Below, one piece after another: positions 16,440 through 24,004 of a DNA stretch of 32,000 nucleotides. The notes below the pieces were generated by a model. It was not told the DNA's origin. It saw only the letters and a program-made list of their open reading frames with translations, and ran no database searches. The first letter of the stretch is position 1; every line of letters begins with the position of its first letter. The stretch spans positions 630,001-662,000 of the forward strand of contig NC_014833.1 of assembly GCF_000179635.2 (NCBI RefSeq). The letters are read 5' to 3'. Both the position numbers and the translations under genes were made by a program. The DNA is from Ruminococcus albus 7 = DSM 20455. GTDB taxonomy: Bacteria > Bacillota > Clostridia > Oscillospirales > Ruminococcaceae.

Positions 16440-18125
16440 ATGAGCGAACTGATAATAACCAGACCTGACAAGTGCGTGGGCTGTAATTCATGCGTAAGAT
16501 CATGTCCTGCACCTGAGGCAAATATAACCAAGATGCTGGAGGGCGGCAAGTTTGTAACTACCGTCAATCCTGACCGCTGCATAGGGTGCGGATCATGCGT
16601 AAAAAGCTGTAACCACGGTGCCAGAGATTATATCGACGACACTGAGGAGTGCATGACAAGGATGAAGAGGGAAAAGATAATCATACTGGCTGATCCCTCT
16701 ATCAAGACAGGATTCCCTACGAAGTGGAAGGGTATACTCGACTGGTTCCGTAAGCAGGGCTGCATGATATACGATGCATCCTTCGGTGCGGATATCTGCA
16801 CATGGGCTCACCTGAGAGCAATAGAGCAGAAAAAGGTCGGCAATATAATAACACAGCCCTGTGCTGCCATAGTAAAGTATGTAGAGACATATCAGCCCAA
16901 GCTGCTGGCTAACCTGTCTCCCATACACAGCCCTGTTTCCTGCAGTGCTGTATACATCAAGAAGTATCTGAACAGGAATAACCCCATAGCAGTGCTGTCT
17001 TCCTGCATAGCTAAGAAATTCGAGGCTGAGGAAACAGGTCTTATTGATTTCAATGTAACTTTCAAAAAGCTGAATGATTACTTTGAGAGAAACGGTATAA
17101 CCATACCCGTATCCAGCACTGAGGATTATGAATACAAATTCGATGACCAGCAGGGTCAGGTGGGCGCTATATACTCACGTCCCGGCGGACTGAGAGATAA
17201 TATCTGGCTGCACAACCAGGATATAAACATCACAACATCCGAGGGTGCACAGAAGGTGTTCCCCGAGCTTGATATGTATGCTGAGATGCCTGACTTCAAG
17301 CACCCTGAGATATTTGATGTGCTTTCATGTGAATTCGGCTGCAACCTGGGACCCGGCGCAAGCACGAACCAGACAATGTTCGATGTTATGCTGACCATGA
17401 AGGAAGTTGAGAATGAGGCTAAGAGCCGCCGTAAATCAGGATTTATGGGCAGAGGCGACGACAAGATGCTCAAGAAGTTCGATGATGAACTGAAGCTCAA
17501 TGACTTCCTCAGAAACTACAAGCCCGTTACTCCTACACCCGTACCTACGGAAAGACAGCTGGATCCTATATACGAAAGCATGGGCAAGCATACCGAGGAT
17601 GACAAGAAGTACGATTGTCATGCCTGCGGACACAGATCATGCCGCGATATGGCTATAGCTATATACAGAGGTCTGAATACACCTGATAACTGCGTGGTAC
17701 ACGCAAAGACTGTCATGGTGGCAAGACACAGCGAACTGGCTGAACAGCATGAGAAGCTGGCAGAGATCACCTATGAATGTCTGGAACTTTCGGATAAGCT
17801 GAAAGCGGATGTTGACAATATACTCAAGAATATGGAGACTATCGGTGATTCTACTGCGAAGACCAGTGAGAGAGCCGATGTTGTAAGGAATCTGCTCACC
17901 AATGTAGTTGCATTCTGCAACGATAATCCTACTATGGATTCGGGCAGTGTCAGCCAGCTGATAAACATACTCGAAACTACCATAGATGCTTTCAGCGCAC
18001 TTGATGACAATGTTAATGTGACTAATGAGAGTTCGGGACTTATCAATAACTCCATCGGTGAGATAACCAGGCTTGTTGAGGAGATAAACAATACTCTCCA
18101 CAAGGCGAGCGAAAAGAAATCATAA
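16440..18125 (+). CDS. [FeFe]-hydrogenase-like protein, sensory (group C/HydS-like) type, with C-terminal coiled coil
   Basis: Two ferredoxin motifs are present, CVGCNSCVRSCP and CIGCGSCVKSCN. H-cluster-like motifs are ITQPCAA (versus TSCCP), SSCIAKKFE (versus MPCxxKxxE) and SCEFGCNLGPG (versus CxxGCxxGGG). There is an exact Cx2Cx4Cx16C motif (CHACGHRSCRDMAIAIYRGLNTPDNC), followed by about 130 aa of coiled coil. I chose the ATG at 16440, 10 nt after AAGGAG, over the TTG at 16419. Confidence 0.7.
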   Translation: MSELIITRPDKCVGCNSCVRSCPAPEANITKMLEGGKFVTTVNPDRCIGCGSCVKSCNHGARDYIDDTEECMTRMKREKIIILADPSIKTGFPTKWKGILDWFRKQGCMIYDASFGADICTWAHLRAIEQKKVGNIITQPCAAIVKYVETYQPKLLANLSPIHSPVSCSAVYIKKYLNRNNPIAVLSSCIAKKFEAEETGLIDFNVTFKKLNDYFERNGITIPVSSTEDYEYKFDDQQGQVGAIYSRPGGLRDNIWLHNQDINITTSEGAQKVFPELDMYAEMPDFKHPEIFDVLSCEFGCNLGPGASTNQTMFDVMLTMKEVENEAKSRRKSGFMGRGDDKMLKKFDDELKLNDFLRNYKPVTPTPVPTERQLDPIYESMGKHTEDDKKYDCHACGHRSCRDMAIAIYRGLNTPDNCVVHAKTVMVARHSELAEQHEKLAEITYECLELSDKLKADVDNILKNMETIGDSTAKTSERADVVRNLLTNVVAFCNDNPTMDSGSVSQLINILETTIDAFSALDDNVNVTNESSGLINNSIGEITRLVEEINNTLHKASEKKS

Positions 18126-18165
18126 AATACAGCCCGTACTTCAGGGCGGAAAGGCAAGGTGAGTC

Positions 18166-18411
18166 ATGGCTTCAAAGGTCGCGGTCATAGCGATAATCAT
18201 TGAAAGAGGTTCTTCCGTGGAAGGCATAAACGGTCTTCTGCATGAGTACAGCGAATACGTTGTGGGAAGAATGGGTGTTCCTTACAGGAACAAGGGTATA
18301 AACATAATCAGCGTTGCTGTCGATGCTCCCGAGGAGACGATTGACGAACTTGCACGAAAAATAAACGCACTGGAGGGCATTTCGTCGAACACGGTCTGTT
18401 CGGTAGGATGA
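18166..18411 (+). CDS. TM1266-family putative iron-only hydrogenase system regulator (small ACT/NikR-C-like protein)
   Basis: 81 aa. The pattern VAVIAIIIERGSSVEGINGLLHEYSEYVVGRMGVPYRNKGINIISVAVDAPEETIDELARKINALEGI matches, from my memory of the TM1266/TIGR03959 family, its length and beta-alpha-beta layout. It sits directly after a hydrogenase-like gene. Confidence 0.65.
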   Translation: MASKVAVIAIIIERGSSVEGINGLLHEYSEYVVGRMGVPYRNKGINIISVAVDAPEETIDELARKINALEGISSNTVCSVG

Positions 18412-18421
18412 CACCGATAAC

Positions 18422-18466
18422 GGGCGGCTAAGACCTGCAATACTGCGGGACTTGCCGCCCATTTTT
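18422..18466 (+). terminator. Rho-independent terminator ending the DivIVA/hydrogenase-like/TM1266 unit
   Basis: GGGCGGC (18422-18428) pairs with GCCGCCC (18454-18460), with partial inner pairing. ATTTTTA follows. Confidence 0.6.
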
Positions 18467-18549
18467 ACGAAATGGATGTTTGAGGCGATTTCGAAAACGT
18501 TATCTTTGTGTATCTTACGTAAATTTTGGCTTAAAGATATCATTTTTAC

Positions 18550-18578
18550 TTGACATTATTATCAAATAGTGGTATACT
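18550..18578 (+). promoter_or_regulatory. SigA-type promoter of the six-gene kinase/vWA/PP2C/GGDEF operon
   Basis: TTGACA (18550-18555), a 17-nt spacer, then TGG-TATACT (18573-18578). A leader of about 135 nt follows. Confidence 0.65.
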
Positions 18579-18717
18579 GAAATAAATGTAATTGGCTTAG
18601 TTTATAATTGAAATTTCCTTTTCGGACTGTCCTGAAGTCAACGATGTGACAGGAGATCTCGGGTATATTGCTGAGATGAAGGCGGTCAACAAATAATTAT
18701 GACAGGAGAGAAGTTAA

Positions 18718-19773
18718 ATGCAATGTGAAAGATGTAATGCCGAGCTGCCCCCGAATGCCATTGAATGCCCCGAATGCGGCGCGCCTGCTCCGCAGAATAT
18801 CGAAGGCTTTGATAATACCATTGAGATACAGCATATACTCAAGACAATAATGGAAAAACATGGCAGCATACTTATCAATGATCCGACACAGTTCGTTTCT
18901 ACACTTAACGATTACCTTAACGGCTACGAAAAGGAACGCAGGCTCCTAGTGAATGCCATGAGGGCAGGCGTACTGAAAAATATGGTCAAGGAAGAAAAGA
19001 CCAACAGGGAATACGCTCTGCTGAGTGCTAAGAGCTATATGATAAATGAACTTTTCGTATCGGAAAATGCCGCTGAGTTCGTACTTGCTTGCTTTACCTA
19101 CACTCTGGGCTGGCCCTATCAGTCTTCCATGACCAAGAAAGAGGAAGAAAAGAAGGAAGATGAGCCCAAGGATGAGGAGCCTGATGAGCCCAAGCTGAAG
19201 ATCGACAGCAAGATCTACAGGACATCGGATGCAGGCAGACACAGACTTGCAAGAAATATAGTTATCCCTGAGGGATTCACCAAGATAGACAGCTTCTGCT
19301 TTGACAGGTTCGGCTTTATGAGATCCATAACACTGCCTTCTACCATGATGGCGATAGGCGATTATGCTTTTGCTGAATGCAAGAACCTGAAAGGTATAGA
19401 GCTGCCGGCAGGACTTAAAGTCATAGAGCAGGGTGCTTTCAGCCAGTGCGGAAAGCTCGCTATGATAAAGATACCAAAGGGTATCCTTGAAATACCGGAT
19501 AATACCTTTGAGTTCTGCTCGAACCTTACTGTTGTAGATGTGCCTAATACTGTAAGCAGTATAGGCGTTGAGGCGTTCTCGGGATGTGAAAAGCTGGAAA
19601 AGCTGTTTTTGCCTGACAGCGTCAAGTTCATTGATAAAAACGCTTTCTCGTATTGTCCGCAGCTTACGATACGCTGCTATGTCAATTCATACGTTCATAA
19701 GTATTGCCTTACTTATAATATCGACTATGAGACAGTTGCGCAGGGCGTAGGTCTGAAGCAGAAACCAATATAA
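18718..19773 (+). CDS. Zinc-ribbon protein with helical middle domain and C-terminal BspA-type leucine-rich repeats (no signal peptide)
   Basis: N-terminal CxxC-x10-CxxC ribbon (MQCERCNAELPPNAIECPECGAP), then an acidic/lysine linker (KKEEEKKEDEPKDEEPDEPK). About six ~23-aa LRR_5-type repeats follow (e.g. SITLPSTMMAIGDYAFAECKNLKGIELPAGLKVIEQGAFSQCGKLAMIKIPKGILEIPDNTFEFCSNLTVVDVPNTVSSIGVEAFSGCEKLEKLFLPDSVKFIDKNAFSYC). Confidence 0.8.
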   Translation: MQCERCNAELPPNAIECPECGAPAPQNIEGFDNTIEIQHILKTIMEKHGSILINDPTQFVSTLNDYLNGYEKERRLLVNAMRAGVLKNMVKEEKTNREYALLSAKSYMINELFVSENAAEFVLACFTYTLGWPYQSSMTKKEEEKKEDEPKDEEPDEPKLKIDSKIYRTSDAGRHRLARNIVIPEGFTKIDSFCFDRFGFMRSITLPSTMMAIGDYAFAECKNLKGIELPAGLKVIEQGAFSQCGKLAMIKIPKGILEIPDNTFEFCSNLTVVDVPNTVSSIGVEAFSGCEKLEKLFLPDSVKFIDKNAFSYCPQLTIRCYVNSYVHKYCLTYNIDYETVAQGVGLKQKPI

Positions 19774-19797
19774 GGATGAAATCGGAGGAAATATCAG

Positions 19798-21141
19798 ATG
19801 GTTGAATTGAAGATCGGCCAGGAGGTCGAGATGGAATTCGGAGGCAGAGCAAAAGTCCTCAAGGTCATCGGCAGCGGTGGTCAGGGTATTGTTTACCTCG
19901 TGGAATTCAACTCCCAGAAATGGGCGCTCAAATGGTATGATGTTGATAAGATCAAGCGCCCCAAGGAGTTCAGACAGAACATCAAGAACAATATACAGGA
20001 CGGTGCTCCCAGCAATAAGTTCCTGTGGCCAAAGTATCTGACCAAGGAGAACGACCAGGGGACCTTCGGTTATATCATGGAGCTGAAGCCCGAAAGCTTC
20101 GATTCCTTCGTGGATATACTCAATACCTATAAGCTGGTCATCGATCCGCTGACAGGCAGAGCTGCAAAGCAGCCCGTAAGGTTCACCAGCCTTTATGCCA
20201 TGGTAACAGCTGTTATCAATATCGCGAATGCGTTCAGACAGCTCCACCGTGTTGGTAAGAGCTATCAGGACCTTAACGACGGTGGTTTCTTTATCAATGT
20301 CAATACCGGTGCAGTGCTCGTCTGCGACTGCGATAATATCGCACCTGACGGAAGCAACTTCGGTATAGGCGGTAAGCCGGGATATATGGCTCCCGAAGTA
20401 GTAAGAGGTATCGCTAAGCCTGATGTACAGACCGATAAGTATTCACTTGCTGTGGTACTTTTCAAGCTGCTGTTCAGAGGTGATCCTATGGAGGGTGAAA
20501 AGGTTGTCAAGGATGTATGCCTGACAGAATCCTCCGAGCTCAGACACTACGGACAGGATGCTGTGTTCGTATATGATCCCGACAATGCTACCAACAGACC
20601 TGTAAGAGGTATACATGACAATGTCATCAAGTTCTGGAGAATATACCCCAAGTACATAAGAGAAGCTTTCATACTCTCATTCACACAGGGTATAACCGAT
20701 CCGAACAAGCGTATAATCGAGAATGAATGGCAGAAGCTGTTTATTCGCCTGAGAAGTGAGATAATCATGTGCGTATGCGGCAGGACGAATTTCACTTCCA
20801 TGTTCTCAAAAGTTGATGAAAAGACTTTCCGCTGCCCCAAGTGCGGTGCTGAGTTCCTGACACTCGGTTTTGACAACAGGGATAACAGGATGCCTTTGTA
20901 TGTCGGATGCAGATTCTACAAGTGTGAGATCGATCCTGACTGCGATGATTTCCTGACCGTGGCGGGTGAACTGGTGGAGAACAAGCTGAAACCCGGTGTG
21001 CTCGGTATAAAGAACTGTACCGAGGATACATGGCAGGCTAAGCTCCCTGACGGAAAGTACTATCCCATACAGCCCGGTAAGGGCTTCCCGATCTGGAAGG
21101 ATCTTGAAGTCGACTTCGGTAAGGTCAAAGCCGGTATGTAA
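19798..21141 (+). CDS. Hanks-type Ser/Thr protein kinase-like protein with atypical catalytic loop and C-terminal zinc ribbon
   Basis: Kinase subdomains are recognisable: G-loop GSGGQGIVY, WALKW (A-x-K), HRVGKSYQDLNDGGFFIN (catalytic-loop equivalent), CDCDN (DFG equivalent), GKPGYMAPEV (APE) and DKYSLAVVLFKLL. The C-terminal part has CVCG-x19-CPKCG and an extra ~90-aa domain. Confidence 0.75.
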   Translation: MVELKIGQEVEMEFGGRAKVLKVIGSGGQGIVYLVEFNSQKWALKWYDVDKIKRPKEFRQNIKNNIQDGAPSNKFLWPKYLTKENDQGTFGYIMELKPESFDSFVDILNTYKLVIDPLTGRAAKQPVRFTSLYAMVTAVINIANAFRQLHRVGKSYQDLNDGGFFINVNTGAVLVCDCDNIAPDGSNFGIGGKPGYMAPEVVRGIAKPDVQTDKYSLAVVLFKLLFRGDPMEGEKVVKDVCLTESSELRHYGQDAVFVYDPDNATNRPVRGIHDNVIKFWRIYPKYIREAFILSFTQGITDPNKRIIENEWQKLFIRLRSEIIMCVCGRTNFTSMFSKVDEKTFRCPKCGAEFLTLGFDNRDNRMPLYVGCRFYKCEIDPDCDDFLTVAGELVENKLKPGVLGIKNCTEDTWQAKLPDGKYYPIQPGKGFPIWKDLEVDFGKVKAGM

Positions 21142-21173
21142 CAAAATTTAAAGGAAAGGGCGTATAAAGATCT

Positions 21174-21989
21174 ATGAATAATAATCTGAATTCTGATGTT
21201 AAGGAAAACACCACAGTCGACGATCTGCTGGATTTCGATGACGATGATCCCCTGGGTGCGACTGCGGTATCTAAAAAGAGCCTCGTAATATTCTTCCTGA
21301 TCGATACTTCAGGAAGCATGAAGGGCAAGAAGATGGGTCAGCTCAATACCGTTATGGAGGAGCTTATACCCGAGATAAGAAAAGTCGGTGAGGCTGATAC
21401 CGATGTTAAGGTAGCAGTACTGACTTTTGACACTGATGTAAAGTGGATGTACTCCGCTCCTATCTCCATTGAGGATTTTGAGTGGGCAAGACTTGGTGCA
21501 CAGGGCGTTACAAGCATGGGTGCTGCATTTACCGAGCTGGCAGCCAGAATGTCAAGAAACAGCTTCCTGAATTCGCCTTCGCTGTCATTCGCACCTGTAA
21601 TGTTCCTGATGACAGACGGTTATCCTTCGGATGACTACAAGTCGGGTCTGAAGGCACTGCAGACCAACAGCTGGTACAAGTTCGGTCTGAAGGCTGCACT
21701 GGGTATCGGTGATGAGGCTAACGATGAGATGCTGGCTGAATTCACAGGTTCCAAGGAAACTGTTGTTCATGCTTACACAGGCGGACAGCTGGCTTCGATG
21801 ATCAAGATCATCGCGGTAACAGCTTCGCAGATAGGAAGTAAGTCGATGACGCTTTCCGATGAAACTAATGAGGAGCTCAGTGAGGAGGATGTATACGCTG
21901 CAAAGCAGAAGATGCTCGGTCAGCAGATACAGGAACTGGTAGGCGATCAGACGGACGGCAGTGACGTTCCTTACGATACGGGCTGGTAA
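21174..21989 (+). CDS. vWA domain protein (TerY-like) with acidic C-terminal tail
   Basis: MIDAS D-x-S-x-S in FFLIDTSGSMKGKKM. Further elements are TFDTDV, GVTSMGAAF and FLMTDGYPSDD. The tail SDETNEELSEEDVY...DGSDVPYDTGW is acidic. Confidence 0.85.
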   Translation: MNNNLNSDVKENTTVDDLLDFDDDDPLGATAVSKKSLVIFFLIDTSGSMKGKKMGQLNTVMEELIPEIRKVGEADTDVKVAVLTFDTDVKWMYSAPISIEDFEWARLGAQGVTSMGAAFTELAARMSRNSFLNSPSLSFAPVMFLMTDGYPSDDYKSGLKALQTNSWYKFGLKAALGIGDEANDEMLAEFTGSKETVVHAYTGGQLASMIKIIAVTASQIGSKSMTLSDETNEELSEEDVYAAKQKMLGQQIQELVGDQTDGSDVPYDTGW

Positions 21990-22022
21990 AGCGACGGTCA
22001 TCGGAAGGAGTGTAGTTTAGAA

Positions 22023-22928
22023 ATGTCTTTTAATGGCTTTAGCCAATCTGTTATGGGTGCCAGCCATGTGGCAAAGGGTATAGTTTGCCAGGACAGCTCG
22101 GCACACAAGATAACAGACCGTTACGCTATAGCTGTGGTGGCTGACGGTCACGGAAGCAAGAAACACTTTCGCAGCAACATAGGCTCGCAGTGCGCTGTTG
22201 AGGCTACTATCGAGACTATTGAAAGGTTCTATGAGAAAGCGGACGAGTTTGAAGCTAATATGCCAAAGAACCACAAGATGATAATCAGAAATATCGAAAG
22301 GCAGATAATCGCAACATGGAACAACAAGGTGATGAAGCATCTTGAGGAACATCCTGTTACGGCTGTTGAAAAGAAGCCCTTTACTCCCGAAGAGTTTGAA
22401 AACATCAATCCCGAGCAGTACTACGGTACTACGCTTATCGCTGCTGTTGCGGGTGTGGATTTCACTTTCGGTGTACAGATAGGCGACGGCAGCTTTGTTG
22501 CGATATTTGAGGACGGCGAGGCTATAATGCCCATGGAGTATGAGGAAGCGAATCCCGCCAACATAACATCCTCTATGTGCAACGCCAATGCAGCTTCGAT
22601 GTTTGAAAGTTTCTATGTAGACGACAAGCGTCTTATAGCGATGTTCTCATCTACCGACGGACTTTATACCTCCTTCGGAAGTGAGTACGACTTCAGGGAT
22701 TATCATGTGATACTGGCATCTCAGCTCAGCTCGCCTGTGCTCGAGGCATCGGTAGTAAAGAATATAACAAAAAGGTCTCATTTCGGTACAGAGGATGATA
22801 TATCCCTGGCTTGCGTATATGATGTTGAATTCGCGGCTGAGAAGGAACCTCTGCTGAAGGAAATGATAGACAGAAATAAGAGGCTTGCGGCTGAAAGAAA
22901 AGCAAAGCTTCATACCGCAAACTTTTGA
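22023..22928 (+). CDS. PP2C-family protein Ser/Thr phosphatase
   Basis: Metal-binding PP2C motifs are present: QDSS, AVVADGHGSKKH, QIGDGS, SSTDGLY and GTEDDISLACV. Confidence 0.8.
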   Translation: MSFNGFSQSVMGASHVAKGIVCQDSSAHKITDRYAIAVVADGHGSKKHFRSNIGSQCAVEATIETIERFYEKADEFEANMPKNHKMIIRNIERQIIATWNNKVMKHLEEHPVTAVEKKPFTPEEFENINPEQYYGTTLIAAVAGVDFTFGVQIGDGSFVAIFEDGEAIMPMEYEEANPANITSSMCNANAASMFESFYVDDKRLIAMFSSTDGLYTSFGSEYDFRDYHVILASQLSSPVLEASVVKNITKRSHFGTEDDISLACVYDVEFAAEKEPLLKEMIDRNKRLAAERKAKLHTANF

Positions 22929-22977
22929 CCGGGATATCGGTTAACTAAATTATAGGTGGATACAGGAGTAATTTGAA

Positions 22978-23964
22978 ATGGATAAGAAAAAAGAAACCAA
23001 AAATTGGATAATTGTGATCGTAGGTATAGTAGCATATCTGTTATGCAGTGTATTACAGGCAATGCTGAGCCGTAAAGGTGCGATGGCAGCACAGGAAGCT
23101 GCTAAGAAAGCAGGCGAGGCAGCAAAGGCCGCTGTACAGAGCGGAAATAACCCGATAGCCGGTGTTATATCACAGATACAGGTCGTTGTAACAGTAGTTC
23201 TCGTACTGTTTGCTCAGAAGAAGGGCTTCATAACAGCTTTGGTACTGAATTCTATAAATACATTGTACACACTGATATTCCAGATGATCATTCCTGGCAG
23301 CACAAAAGCAATGCCCGGTGTTGTAGTAACACTGATCTCTATCGGTATCGCTTCGGTCATCTATTTTTACACAAGCAAGACAGAGAACATGAACGAGGAG
23401 CTCCAGAAGAGCTATCACGAGGCTATTGAACAGAATCGTATCATAGAGGAGCAGGGCGAGACCCTCAAGCACATGGCTTACTATGACAAGCTGACAGGTA
23501 TGCCCAACAGAGAGAGCTTCATGGAGAATCTTGAAAGACAGATCAGAAACAGCGGCGACTGTGTTATGATCTATATTGATCTGGACGATTTCAGACGTAT
23601 AAACGATAACTTCGGTCATGCAATAGGTGATGAACTGCTGAAGCAGTATTCCGAAAAGATCAAGAACTACTGCGGCGACAAGGCATTTGCAGCAAAGATC
23701 GGCGGCGATGAGTATGGTATCGTTCTCGGCAGCGGAATGACCAATGAGGCTATATACCAGTACGCTGCAGGTATAAGTGGTATCTTCGGCGATCCTATCA
23801 CTATGGGCGGTAATGTTTATACAGTTGCAGCAAGCTACGGTGTAGCAAGCTTCCCCGAGAGCGCTATGACAGCAGACGATGTATTCAGATGCGCTGAAAC
23901 TGCAATGTTCAACGCTAAGGAAAGCGGTAAGAACCAGCTTTGCTTCTACACTAACCGCGGTTGA
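22978..23964 (+). CDS. Membrane-bound diguanylate cyclase (GGDEF domain; motif GGDEY)
   Basis: About four N-terminal TM helices. The GGDEF domain has YYDKLTGMPNR, IYIDLDDFRRINDNFGHAIGDELL and the active-site loop AKIGGDEYGIVL. There is no RxxD I-site five residues upstream of the loop. Confidence 0.85.
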   Translation: MDKKKETKNWIIVIVGIVAYLLCSVLQAMLSRKGAMAAQEAAKKAGEAAKAAVQSGNNPIAGVISQIQVVVTVVLVLFAQKKGFITALVLNSINTLYTLIFQMIIPGSTKAMPGVVVTLISIGIASVIYFYTSKTENMNEELQKSYHEAIEQNRIIEEQGETLKHMAYYDKLTGMPNRESFMENLERQIRNSGDCVMIYIDLDDFRRINDNFGHAIGDELLKQYSEKIKNYCGDKAFAAKIGGDEYGIVLGSGMTNEAIYQYAAGISGIFGDPITMGGNVYTVAASYGVASFPESAMTADDVFRCAETAMFNAKESGKNQLCFYTNRG

Positions 23965-24004
23965 TTTTTAGGCAAGTTCACAGGAAAGGCAGTTGAATAC
24001 GATT

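Noticed and set aside
18579-18717. Possible c-di-GMP riboswitch ahead of an operon containing a GGDEF gene
   Set aside because: I could not find the conserved GEMM-I or GEMM-II sequence elements by eye. It is kept only as a generic structured-leader observation pending an Rfam scan.
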